This document shows, one piece after another, positions 14,291 through 26,869 of a stretch of DNA of 64,000 nt. Every line of letters begins with the position of its first letter. The stretch's first letter is position 1. The notes below the pieces were generated by a model. That model was not told where the DNA came from and ran no database searches. It saw only the letters and a program-made list of their open reading frames with translations. A program made the translations under genes and the position numbers. Source of the DNA: Felis catus (Eukaryota); assembly GCF_018350175.1 (NCBI RefSeq), contig NC_058368.1, forward strand, positions 110,300,001-110,364,000, given 5' to 3'.

Positions 14291-14741
14291 TTGCAAACCC
14301 ATCCAACATGCCAGCTACCACTCCATCTCCAAGAACGAACTAGAGTGAAGAAGATGTGTCACCTCTGTTCAGTTACCACATATCCAGGCTTCAGTCTTTT
14401 CAGGAAGCCTTTGGGACTAGGCATACAATTAGTGCTTAGTAAATGCTGAGGATGAATGATATTAAGTGTACTGCACCCTGTTTGTAGCTGCTATCTCAGT
14501 TTACAAGATAGTGAGTTTCAAAATGGCACTGTAAGGCTCAGTATTTTCATTTCAAGACTGTTCCTTCTTGGAGAGGAGTCCAAGCACCCAATGGATAATG
14601 GAATTTCAGTAACCTTTAAGTTTCCTGAGGCCCATGGCCTAAGGATCAGCTACAACAGATACTCAACTCCCACCATGTGCCAGCTATGGTGCAAATGGGA
14701 CAAGGACACAGGCTAGTAGACTTGTCCAATTAGCTATACTC

Positions 14742-14795
<54 letters not shown>

Positions 14796-14887
14796 GTCTT
14801 TCTTTCTGTCTTTCTTTCTGTCTTTCTTTCTGTCTTTCTTTCTGTCTTTCTTTCTGTCTTTCTTTCTGTCTTTGTCTTTCTGTCTTT
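14742..14887. repeat. Compound (TTTC)n / (TCTTTCTTTCTG)n microsatellite
   Basis: TTTC array changing into a 12-bp higher-order unit. Confidence 0.97.
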
Positions 14888-16759
14888 AAGGTTTCCACCG
14901 TAACCATTCCAACCTTAATTTCGGTATCTCTAAGAAACATAGCCAGGTAGATAGAACTCATCACAGACTATTTACAACTCGTACTCAAGAAAACTGGAGG
15001 GGTTATTGATTTCTGTGAGCGCTACACAATTTAGTGCTTAATTGCATGTGGTGCAGCCGGCATCCTGATTATGGCTGGGAGATGAAGACACAGAGCTCTG
15101 TGGAAGCCAATTCCCCATGTGATCTGGCTTCAAGCTGGTCCAGAGCAGGTACCCAGTCGGAAAGGAGGAGCGGCTTGAGGGAAATTAGAGGCTGATGGAG
15201 GAGTCCACCCCTGTTCGCCCCCACAGCAACAGCTTTGAAGGATGCCTACTTCAAAGAGGAAGGGTCAGAGGTATCCCACAAATCACTAGCGCTGATGCCA
15301 GGGTCACCCAACAAAGTGACTCCCAAGTTTCTTCTGGCTGCCTGTGCAGATATGCTTTATGTCCCTCGCTAGAGACAGAAATGCCCACAGGGAGGAGAAA
15401 TCAGACTAAAACTTATGGCATAACGGTGGCCTGTGAAAAGCAAGTTTCTACATTAGGACTGTCTTCGAAGAGAATGCGTCTCTTGTCTTACAAACAGTCC
15501 ATGGGCTCCCACTCCTGTATCTGTTTCTTCTTCCTTGACATCTGTTGGCAAAGCTGGAACTACTGGGCAAAGAGTCTGCGTGGCCAGAAAATACAGTGTG
15601 AAGGTCACGGTCTCATCACCATCAGCATCTGCTCCTCTGAAGAAGGCACAGCTGTGTGGAAGGGTGCCACTTCCTCTACTACTGGAGAGGGGAGGGGAGC
15701 ACTCCTAGCAGCCCCGCAACCCCACACGCCCGACCTGGGGCTCTGGCTCCAGTGTGTGAGTTCTTTATAGTGACTGGGGAGCGGGTAGAAAATCACATTC
15801 AGGACTAAAAGAAAATAAAAAAGGTCTTTCCCTACATGCAACCGGTTTTTCTGAAAATAAATGGGCTAACTCCCTACTCTCCATAAATTATTCTCTTCTG
15901 AACACAGAACCACATCCCAAGAACTGCAGAAAGCAGTTAGCAGGCTTTTTGGAATTAAAGAAAAAAGTACCAATAGTCACTCAGGCTAGAACTAGAAAGA
16001 CATTACTTTCTGCTTTGTTTTTGGTAATTCTTCCCTACTTCTCCACTTTCAAACAGTGCTCGTGAGGTAAGCACACACACAAAAGGTCTTCTTTTCTCCC
16101 TGTTCATGCTTTTCAGCCCAAATAAACTAAAAACAGCAAAATAATCAAAACTTACTCTACTTAACATATAAATGTCAACATCCGGAATTATGAAATATTC
16201 AAGCCACGCAATCTAGTACTTAGTTTTCAATTTGCCTAGTAATCCAAGACCAATTATATTTGGTGTTCTATTATTAATGCAACAGCATAAAAATAAAATC
16301 CACTCATTTCAGTTGTTATTTTGGCAAGTTCCAAAACTATTCTAGAGGGTGCACCCAGACTTCTGGCATTAAACCAGCTGTTTGAATTGTGTTTTAGGAA
16401 GTGTGGGCTCCAGCCACGCAGCACGTGGGTGGCCTCTGGTCTTTTCGGGTTTGTGTTGAGGTTCCCCTAAGATTTTGTTTAAAGACCAGCAAACCCAAGA
16501 GTCAGACCAACTACTCAAATATTCCTAGGCAGCTTCTTTGTAACATTTTGCTCAGCTCGGCCGCCACCAGATTGGACTTCATTTGCACGTGGATGCATGT
16601 TCACTGTCATTTTATACCCACCATGATTGACAACTTATTTTATCTATAGCAGAGACAGCCTAAAAATTTACAACTCAAGTTTTATGATGGTTTTTGGTTC
16701 ATTAAAAAAAAAAGAATATTGGGTCTCAATCAATTTTGATGATCTGTCTAATAACCAGC

Positions 16760-17025
16760 TAGAGGCTAGCACTTAACAGCCATTATTACGTGACAGGCAC
16801 TGTCCTAAATGCTTTACAGGTATTAACCCATAATCCTCACTTCTACTTCATGCGGAGGGCAGTAATTACCCCCCCCCACCCCGCCCCGCCCCGGTCAGAT
16901 GACACAGCAGACAGGCCGCAGAGAGGCTAAGTACCCTGCCAGAGCCGCGTGGCAAATAAATGGCAGAGCTGAGACTCCAAGCTGGGCAGGTGAACTCTGG
17001 GTGTGTGCTCTTAACATCCACCCTC
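16760..17025 (-). mobile_element. MIR fragment
   Basis: caggcactgtcctaaatgctttaca...taatcctcac...cagagaggctaagta...ggcagagctgagactc matches reverse MIR. Confidence 0.65.
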
Positions 17026-20000
17026 TGCTGCCTCTCCATACTTGGCAATACTTTCTTTCAATAAACAGCTGCTTTACTAAGACAGGGAAAGCCTAGAAAG
17101 AGCAAGACAGGAAACCCCGAGTGTCTCCTTTGCTCTGACAGCTGCCAAGAGCTGCACCCTTCTGGAGGAGAACGTGAAGAAAGAACCGAGCTGCTCCTCT
17201 CTGCACCCCTCCGCAGAATGGGGCCACTTGGCACACTGTCCTCAGTGCTCATAGTTGCTGTCTTTATTGGCCAAGAAGAAATACAGTTGCGAAAAGGAAC
17301 GATGAGGAGATGTACAGAATGCCAGGCAGCAAGGAAGCCTCTCAACTGACGGGCAATGCCAGCATGGTGAAGACAGGCACTTGGAGGGAAGTAGAGCCGT
17401 TGACTCATTACTCCTCACCTTCAAATAGCCCTGTTGGCCTTCAGACAGAAGAAAATAGAAGAATCTCCTCATTACAGGAATAAGAAGCTACCATCTATAA
17501 GATCACAAACCCTCTTTTTCAACCTACAGTTCCTTTTGAGATCAATTTAGGTTTATAAGCTTCATTCAATCCATGTTAGAGTCCAAAGACTGGCTATAAA
17601 TCTATCGGAGATCGTTCTCATAAAAGAGCTGGGACTGCCTTTTCTTTCAAACAACTCATAAAGCACAATCACTTGATATTTAAGACCCGCTTCCTCTGAG
17701 GTTTTCCACTCAGGCCTCACTTTCCCCAAGCTCAAGACAAATGAGTTGCTAACTTGGCTGCTGCTTCACAGACAGGACACCACAGGCCTGGAAGGTCAAA
17801 GAAGTGATGCACTGTGTCAGCCAGGTCAGTGGCCAAACGTAGACTGAAATCCAGGCATCCTGAGACCTAGACAACAGCTTTGTTCCCCATATGATCACAG
17901 ACACTTATGGAATACATGTGCATTCTGCTTAGAGAAGACAAACTGGGCTTTTCTTGGTGCTGGATGGGGCCTACCAGGTCATCTGCCTGCTGCTCTGGTG
18001 TAAAGCACAGGATTTTCTGGTTTCATAATAGAAGCCAATACCTGTGCCATTACTTGTATTTAAAACTATAGAGGTGCTACAGATTTTGTATGATGTGATA
18101 TGCTGAAAACTGACTTGCTTTTTCAAGAAAGTTGAAAAAATGTGACCTGAGAATATAAATGGTTAGGGGGAAACAGGTAGGAATATGGTGATTGCAAATC
18201 TGCCCCACCAGAGAAGACACACCAGCATGCAAGCCGTCAGGGTCAGAGGCCAGGGTCAGAGGCCAGAGAGAAGCATGGACACTAACCTGGCAGTGGTTCT
18301 AATACAAACTTCCCTTCTCCTCTGGGAACCTGCCTTGTTGGGGAAAAGCAGGGAGTCAGACCCCCAGAGCTTTTGCAGAGATAATTCTTGAATACTCTCT
18401 TCCAGCAACTCTCCCAGAACATGGCAACATTACCCAACTAGACATTATGGATTAGCCACATGGAAATGGCTTCTCTTTGTAACCAAGAAGACCACAAATT
18501 ACAAACGTGGCTTGGCAGAACTAACCAATACCACCCTAGCCTTGAAGACAACAGTAAGGTTTGTGGCCCTGAGGCACCTGAATTTCCAAAGCTTCCAACT
18601 CACCAAGTGTATGCCCTAGCCAATTACCTTAGGTTCACTGCACTTTCCACGTGGGGTATTGGCTATCAACAGATGGAAACCACCTGGAGAGCACCAAAAT
18701 CCTGCAGCCCCCTGTAGGTCTGTCCAAAGTTAAAAAGGAAAAAAAAAAAAAAAAAAAAAAGCCACGCCGACTCTAACCTAAAAACCCCAAACCTACATAT
18801 TCCTTTCTTCTCAAAGGCTTAGAACCCTAGTTTTGATATGCGAGTATTTTAAGAAAAAAACAAGGGGTTCAAACTTCCAAAGATAGTTCCTCAAACAGCA
18901 ACCCAAAGGAAATTAGGCACAGAAATAGACCAGGCTAACCCTGCAGCAAGCCATAATGAAGTTACACTGCATTTCCCATTAATTATCTGCTCTTATCTTT
19001 CATAAATTGTTCCAACATTCGATAAATTGAATGTCTAAGTTAGTCTGTGTGCAGTGTATAAATCTTTGACACCCCTATTTACCATGAAGTTTAACCCACG
19101 CACCTATGAACTCCAGGAACCCTCACAGTCTCAACATTTAAATTATACCATGTTTGTGCAACTGTAGTTCTATTTCACTTGAAGTCCCAGGCCTTGTGTT
19201 ACACATTAAGAGAAAGAAAACGTAAGAAAAGATGTGCTCTTGAAAGAACTTTCAAATTTCGCGAAGTTAGTAAGCACAGAATTGACCACACATAAGCAAC
19301 ACAAGCAAGTTGAACGGGCTGGGAAATACCAAGACAGGTAAAGTAGGAATTCAAGTAGATTTTATGAAATCCTGACTCTTCAATGCCAGTTTCTGGAATA
19401 TGGTATTGTCAAACAAAAGATCACAACATGAAGATGACTTAAAAAAAAAAAAATCCTGCAGCTCTGAGAAAGACAAGAGAAGAATCCTGAGCAACTAATG
19501 GGTCAAGGTTACAAAATCCTACCTACCCCTCCCTCACCTACCTCCAGGACACAGCTGAAGGGAAAAAAAAGTTCTCCAAAGGCCCAGGAGAATAGGCTGG
19601 AATAAAAATAGCTTTCCTGAAACTAACAAAAAATTGAAAATGATCAAAGATTTCTACGACACAAAAAACCACTGGAACAATACATTATAGTACACATAAA
19701 GTAGGCTATCATCCCGAACAACCTTTGGCCCAGCCTAAAGTCTGGGGAGAGGGGGTGTCTGTTTTCCTAGGATGGGAAGAAAGCTAACATTCAGCTTAAG
19801 TGTCTAAACAGAAATGGTGTAGTAATGCTGCAGTACCTTCCCACAAAACCAGGAAGGAAATCAGAGATGAGCCCTGTGGGGCATCGGCTCACGGCTTCCC
19901 TTTGAGCTACTGCCTTAGGGTTACTAGGGCTCTGGTGTCCTAGAAGCACCATCATTCACCACCACCACCACCCACCCCCGACCATTTACTCGCCAGTTGA

Positions 20001-21669
20001 GACCTTTACCTGACCACTACCCAGTCCTGAGCCTGTCCTGAGAGCCAGAAGGGGCAAGCACAGAAACCCACCCACTCCAAGATTGACAGGACACTGTTAA
20101 AAGTCATGTCTGACTTTCCTCTCAGCCTGGTGGTGGGAAAATAACTTGGGACTTGAGTTTCGAGAAACATCTGAATTTCTTCCCGATGCCTCAGAGACTG
20201 CGATATAGGCCCATTCCCGGTGCACGTTTGGTTAAGAGTTACCGTGCCACCTCCGAATGAAATTCTGTTTATGTTTGGCCGAGAGAACGTCGACGAATGT
20301 TTGTATCTCGGGGACCCATCGAGTACAATTCCCGGTGCACAGGCTTGCAACAAATTTAGGAAGGGAACCGACCAAAGCTACTGGCGCTGTTTTTCACTCG
20401 CGGGAAACCTCGGAGGAAGCGACACCTAGAGGAGAGCGGAGGAGAGCCGCGGGAGCGCGATTCATCATCGTCGGCGACAGTTATGTGGAGCGGGGTCGTC
20501 CGGACCGCGCAGGGGGACCGACTAGCCGGGCGAGATACAGACCTAGCAGGGTCCGACTCCGCGGGGCCCCGGGAACTTCAGCACACGGGCGCGCTGCACG
20601 GGCTGCTCGCTACGTCCCGGGCGCTGTGAGAAATCCTGCTGCTTCCAGCGGGGTTCTGCCCTTGCCGGAGTGGCGGGCGCCGAAGTCCTCAGGTGGCAGG
20701 CCGCGGGCGAGTGAGCCGGCGAAGCCGGTTGGTCAGCTCAGGGGGCCCGGAAGGCTCGCGCTGCGCTCGGCCGCCAACTCAGGGCGACAGGCGCCCAAAG
20801 CGCAGCGCTCTGTCTGCGTCGCCTAGGTGCCCCCCAAACTTGAAATGGGTCTCCTTTGCTGGCGCATAGAGGGGCGGAGATCATCCACCGCACAAGCTCT
20901 CTCAGAATCAAGCTCTCTGCCCGAATGTCCCCCCAAACAAACTGCTCCCTAGTGACTCCCCAGAAGGGAACGGCAGCCGCTCTCTCTAAACAGAGACCAG
21001 CCGGGCAAATCCCGGGCAGCGGGCTTCGCGGAAGGGGCTGTGCCCGGGTCCCTGCTCCTCAGCCTCCGCGGAGCCCCAACGTGCAGACGCGGCGGACCTC
21101 GGGGGAGCGACCGCCAGGCGGGGCGTAGCGGGCTCTCCGGGCTGCAGCGCGGACGCGCAAGTTTCCCCGCAAAGCTGGAGGGAGGAGGCAGCGAGGACGC
21201 CCGCTCCGCACCCCAGCCCGGGCCAAGGGCACAGAGCCGAGCGGAGGGGCTGCGTTCGCCTCGCTCGCCGAGGCGGCTCGGGGGCCGAAGCCCGAGAGCG
21301 GCGCCTGCGGGGTCTCGGAGCCCGCGCGGGCTGCGGGCTCGGCGCGAGCTATTCTGCTCCGCGCGCCGGCCGGGTCACTCCGGTGCCTACTGCAGACCCG
21401 GGCCAGCAGCCTCGGCGCTCGAGCCTTTCTTTCCCCCCGAGTCCTGGCCGGGGCCGGGTAGCCCTACCGAGCCAGAGTCCCGTGGTCCCGTGCCCGCCGC
21501 CCGCCGGCCGGGCAAACTTGGCTCTCTCGGCGCGGATGGTGAGGACAAGCAAGCGCCCGCGCCGGGCCCTGCAGGGAGACGCGGAGCCGCGGGCGCCGGG
21601 ACCCCAGAGGGGCGCAGCGGGACCGGATGGTGGCGGCGGCGGCTTGGCACCCTCCCCGCGCCCGCGTAC

Positions 21670-21850
21670 CTGAGGTGGCCGGGGCCGAAGGAAGACCAGG
21701 TGTCCGAAGGCGGACGGGCGCGATCCGCGGCGGCGGTGGCGGCGACCGGGCCCCGCGTCCTTCGGTCGGTGTCTCCGGCTGTCGGCGGGTCCCGGGCGCG
21801 CTGGAGGCTGTCTCGGCTCCAGCTCTGTGAGCCGCCGCTGTCGTACCACC
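21670..21850 (-). other. Putative non-coding first exon (5' UTR) of an unidentified gene
   Basis: Minus-strand donor CAG|GTACGC (GT at 21669-21668) inside the CpG island, ~180 nt downstream of the promoter motifs. I saw no ATG in the exon. The 5' end is approximate. Confidence 0.65.
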
Positions 21851-21945
21851 GCCGCCGCGGCTGCCCTATTTCTGCCGCCGGGACCGGAGCCCGTGACGTC
21901 ACCCTCCGGGCCCCGCCTGCCCAATCGCCGCCACCTGTGCGCGCG
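21840..21945 (-). promoter_or_regulatory. Core/proximal promoter of a minus-strand gene
   Basis: Palindromic CRE GTGACGTCAC at 21893-21902, GC-box-like CCCCGCCT at 21911-21918, CCAAT at 21921-21925, E-box CACCTG at 21932-21937 and a weak TATA-like GAAATAGGG (minus strand) at 21864-21872. The spacing fits a TSS near 21835-21850. Confidence 0.7.
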
Positions 21946-24900
21946 ACTCGCCCGCCCGCTGCTCAGACCCGAGCGGGGCCAGCGGCAGGTGCGCGGAGCA
22001 GCCGGGCGCGCACGCGGGGCGCGAGGACTCCCAGCGCTCCAGGGCGATCTCTGCACCCGCGGGGGGAGGGGGTGCGCTTCCGCCCCAGGCTCAAGCGCAC
22101 CAGGCTCTCGTAAAGCCTGCAGGCTACAACCCCCTCCCACTCCCTAACACACCCCCTTCTTCCTCTCCTCCGGCTCCTTCCCGGGCCGAGTTCCCCAGCC
22201 TGTGCTCTCAAGATGCACAACTGGTCTTAATCAGCCGCCATAGCTGTGGAGCCCAGGAGGGCCAGTACACCTTACCTGTTTACGTGTCCCTAGAAGCAAA
22301 GTCAAGTGACACTACCCTCCCCTCCCTCATCCCCCAGCCAACAACCTGAGAAACAGCAAAGTTTTTATTTCTCTCTTCTGTATCTGCTCTCTCCCAGCAG
22401 GATCATCTTAGAAAATCCTGGGCATACAAGGGCAGTCCCAGGTGATGTTGACTTAGCCCGTCCAAGCTGCCATGAGAGGGTCCCCTATTCTCCCTTAGAA
22501 GGAGACGTTTTTGCTGCCCTGACCTCATCCCCACGCCTAAACCTTTCTGAATCCCTATTCAACTTCCAGAGCTTTTGGAGACCCCAACCCAGCTGTCATG
22601 TGCTTTCATTAATTGACCTAGAGATCAGTCTTGGTGCCCAAATAAACTATAAACGTCTTTGTAGCAACTAGCACCCCTCTCCCCCACCAATGGTCTGTCT
22701 GTAGCCCAAGTCTGGCATCGATTTGTGAGTGAGACCCTAGCCAGGCCAGACTGGTGATGAGCAGGAGTCTTTCAGAGGGACTGCCTCCTGCTCAGGCTGG
22801 GTGGGCACCAGATAACTTGGTGGTATAGTGGAACAGTGCCTTGTCTGTGCCCCTGTGACCTCTTCTGGCCTGGAGGAGGGGACAGAGGAGATTTTCTTAA
22901 GTTTAGTTAAACGTCAAGAGAAGAAGAAAAAGAAAACACTGACAGGGAGGAAAAGGTATTACATTTGCTCTTTCCTTCAACACATATTTACTGGGCCCCT
23001 GCTATGTGCCAGGCCCCGTGCTATGTTCTGGGGAGACATCAGTGAATGAGCCAGCCTGGTCCCTGCCCTCACACACGCGTTGGTCTGAGATCCGGCTCTC
23101 CCTCCTACACGGCCAGGCTGTAACCCAGGCCAGTCATATCTCTGCCATAGGTGTCAGTTTCCCCATTTGCAAAATGAGGAGTGCTTGAGACCTGGGTGAC
23201 TTCCAGGTCTCAGTTGCTGTGACTTCCCACGTGGAAACTGTGATTCGGGCTCAAAAGGACAAAAGCCATTCCATCCTCAGTGCCCCAGGGCCTTGGCAGG
23301 AATGATGCTCTCTCAGATTTGACCATGAGTCTTTGCCAAGGCCACCATGACTGAACCCCCAAAGCTGGCTTGAGGCCAGATTCTCTGCAGCTGGACTGGG
23401 GAAGGGATGGCACTTTCCATCCTGGGAGAAAGAGAAGAAGGACTGGACATGAAAGGAAGCAAGGAAATTTGGAAACGTGCTATGCCTCCCTCTGAAATTT
23501 AATTCTAAGTCCGGGGACAAGATGGAGCCCCACAGCTCAGAGACTGGGTTTAGCTCCCCTCCCACACTTTGAGGTGTTTGAAAAAGCAGATTTCTGTTCT
23601 CAGCTCTCAGCACAAAGTCCCTGAGTCAGCCTAGTGGCCCTATTACATAACCAAGGCAGGCCTTGGGGTGTGTCTTTTTAATAACTCTGGGTCATATGTA
23701 AGACAAGGTCTGTAGATTGACCAAGATCCAAAATAGCTCTGTTTAGTGCAGTGAACATGGACTGGACTTCCAACAGACTTCCTTTGCTTCCCGAGTAAGG
23801 GGGGAATGTAGCCGCTACAAACCAGATGAACAGAATGCCCCTTGGAGATAATGCTAACATCTGAAGTGAGCTGTTGTGGCTACTGTGCATAAAATAAGCG
23901 TGGAATTAAAGTCACCTTGGAATAAAAAAGGTGAAGTGTGAATGACGAAATAAAACAAGCCTTCAGGGAAGCGGCATCAGATGCCAGTAGACCTTGACAC
24001 CTCTCTGCATTGCTCTATGCTTTGACCTCTCAGGGAAATTCTCGCTTTAAAAATACTCCCCGGACATGCAAGGGAGGCTAACTCCCACACAAAGCATTTG
24101 GAATTGGCCTGAAACCCTGTTTCAGAACTTGCAAGCATAGTGATGATTCTCAGTAGCCAACAGGGATGGTTGGCCAAAAAAAAAAAAAAAAAAACCAAAA
24201 ACCAAAAACCAAAAACAAAGTAACAACAACAACAAAAGGTTACATTTTGAATTCATACAATTCAGTAAGTTTGGAAAAGAGAAGTTAAAAGGAAACATGA
24301 GTCTAGATTACTGCCCCAGCCCCTAGTCTGGGTGATTGGTGACTGATGTCGCAAGGCAGACTCACACACACGCAACAGAAAGTTACCGATGTATTTTTGC
24401 AAGACCAAGAAGTTTAACAATCTGCTATAGATATTTACTTTACCAGTTTTAAAACATTTTCTCTAGCTCTACTCTTACCAAAAACGCAACAAACAATGGG
24501 CCTCCTGGAGGTCATTTTGGCTTGCAGCTGCACATCAGACTACCCAGAGGTGACACAGAAGCATGGGATCAGGAAGAAGCAGAGGACCTCCTCCAGACTG
24601 TACCACAGACCGTACCACAGTGTTTCCCTGTCACTAGCTATGGGTCAGGTCCCCCTGGGCTGGTCAGACAGTGCCCAGAAACACTGTGGGAAGGGAGGTC
24701 ATGTGAGAAGGTGGGGAGAGGCAGGGGAAATGGTCTTCCTGCTCTTTCCGTGATTTAACACTTGCTGCCTGTCCAAAAACTGCCTCTCACTGGGTGAGCC
24801 TTTCCAGCCCTCATTTCTTCATGTCTCAAGTGGGAGCTGGAGGTGGACGGGGTGGGAGGCGGTCATACTCTGAGGCCGTTTCCAACTCTGCAAGTCTATG

Positions 24901-25083
24901 CCTTATTTCGCTAGGATGTATGGAAGTTAGGGCCACTCTGATCTAAAAAGAGCTGTGATGTTAAGGATTTCTTAAACATTTCTTAAATGATGGTCCTTTT
25001 AGTCATCTAGAAATAAAGGGAATGGAGGCAATAAATTAAAAATTCTAGACCTAAAATCACACTCAGAAATAATTGTTAACTTT

Positions 25084-25285
25084 AGGGGTGCCTGGGTGGC
25101 TGAATCAGTTAAGTGTCTGACTTCGGCTCAGGTCACGATCTTGCGTTGGGCTCTGTGCGGACAGCTCAGAGCTTGGAGCCTGCTTTCATATTCTGTATCT
25201 CCCTCTCTCTCTCTGCCCCTCCCCTGCTCATGCTTTGTCTCTCTCTGTCTCTTAAAAATGAATAAACCTTAAAAATAAAAGGTAA
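25084..25285 (+). mobile_element. Can-SINE with an internal deletion
   Basis: Perfect 19-bp TSD AGAAATAATTGTTAACTTT at 25065-25083 and 25286-25304. Lacks the GTTCGAGCCCC segment seen in sibling copies. Confidence 0.95.
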
Positions 25286-26139
25286 AGAAATAATTGTTAA
25301 CTTTGGTTTAGGGAGAAGAGTAGACTGCGTGGAAATAAGTAAGGTGTTCCTTCAAGAGGTTAAGTGTGATTTGGGAAATTTCTCAAGGCAATGAAGAAGG
25401 AGGGATGAGTGGAAATTTTAATTAAGAAGCTGGGATGAATGAAAAGCTACAGTGAGGGGAAGGCAACTATGAATGGTAAAAGTGGAGGGGTTGGAAAATA
25501 AGCCCCTTCACGGTGGTGTTAGTCCCAAGACAAACACCGCATCCCCACTCCCAGGACCCAGGCTGATGGTCACAGGGCCTGAGAAAGATCCCAAAATAGG
25601 AGGAAATGAAACTCAGCCCCTCATGGAACTCCATGTGCACAGGGAGAATTTGGGTTGAGGAGGCCAGGCCTCCAAGCCACTAAGTACCACATCCTACTGG
25701 TGACAGGGGAGAGAGGTGAAGCGGGAAGGAAGATAGGAGGAGAGCAAAGAGAGGGGCCAACCTCCTTTACTCAACCTTACTTATTCAGACTCACAAATAT
25801 TTGCCATGACCCTGTTTTCCAACTCATCAAAGAATGGTAGATAACATGCCAATCTACAAAAAAAAAAAGATCATTCAGGAAGATGAATGCCTACCTTATG
25901 GACACTCCATTCCTGTGATTATATGCTCCATTCAAACACGTATGCAGTATTGTGGTGGGTCACCATAATTTTTGTGAAGAGCACTAAGCCAGACAAGGAT
26001 CTGTAAGATGGTGCTGGACTTAGCTTACATACCACCCCAAATCTGAGTAGCCACACTGACCTCTCTGCCCCCACCCCCACACCTTCTCTCCGCCCCTACC
26101 CCCACCCCCACTTGCCCTGCTTCCTGGTCACAGGGGCCC

Positions 26140-26640
26140 TATTAACTGGTCTGAGGTGTTCCCACAGCCACAGAGATAGATTCCTCTGCTGTTACTGCCA
26201 CTACCTCAAACCAAATAGCCCCCCTGCACAGGGCACCAACTGACAAGGAGACATTGGCCTGTGCACTGGTCAGGCTGGACCCCTGGGGGTTCTGGCTTCC
26301 CCAGAGGCTGCTGTGGGGGTGGGAGCTGCTCCACACAAGCCAAAGGGGTGGGGGAGCTCATGACAGAGGGGAGGACTCGACCAGTGGGAGACAGGGTACA
26401 GGAGGAAGCCAGCAGGTACATTCTCCCTTCCTTCCCTGGGTGGTCTGTACTGACATGCACTGTGCCCTGGGTCCTGTCTGAGGACCAAGAGACCAAGTAC
26501 TGAGTACTGCCGACAGAGCTGGACCTTCCATATCTGCTCTCTCTTCTTCATTGTTCCTGCTTCCTGAGATTGGACTTCTAAGGTGTAACGCTTTTGCCTC
26601 GTGCTCTGTTTTCCAGAGAATGCAGACTAAGAAAGTTGAC
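26140..26640. mobile_element. Ancient ERVL/MaLR-type solo LTR (subfamily uncertain)
   Basis: Ends in the LTR-like motif tgcctcgtgctctgttttccagagaatgcagactaaga. Highly diverged. Confidence 0.4.
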
Positions 26641-26647
26641 TGTCTTA

Positions 26648-26853
26648 GCGGTGTCTGGGTGGCTCAGTCCATTAAGTACGTGACTCTTAGTTTCAACTCA
26701 GGTCATGATCGCATGGTTTCATGAGTTTGAGCCCTGCTTCGGATTCTGCACTGACAGTATGTAGCCTGCTTGGGATTCTCTCTCTCTCTGTTCCTTCCCC
26801 ATTCATGCTGTCTCTGTCTCTCTCAAAATAAATAAATAAAAACTTTTTAAAAA
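26648..26853 (+). mobile_element. Can-SINE (older carnivore subfamily)
   Basis: GGTGTCTGGGTGGCTCAGT head, TC tract and AATAAA-rich tail. Confidence 0.92.
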
Positions 26854-26869
26854 ATGAGTGGTGACTGTT

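Larger units (their letters stand above)
20380..22110. promoter_or_regulatory. CpG island spanning the promoter, first exon and start of intron 1
   Basis: Sharp rise in GC and CpG density over ~1.7 kb against CpG-depleted flanks. The long Arg/Gly/Ala/Pro-rich ORFs on both strands are typical artefacts of such islands. Confidence 0.95.

Noticed and set aside
14734..14964. KERQ/KERK repeat ORF
   Set aside because: Translation of the (TTTC)n microsatellite.
15195..15770. 191-aa ATG-initiated ORF
   Set aside because: No recognisable homology, exon structure or retrocopy hallmarks. It lies antisense within the putative intron and is most likely chance.
20257..22220. Long overlapping ORFs (189, 357, 263 and 171 aa) on both strands
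   Set aside because: Low-complexity R/G/A/P translations arising from stop-codon scarcity in a CpG island, with no recognisable domain.
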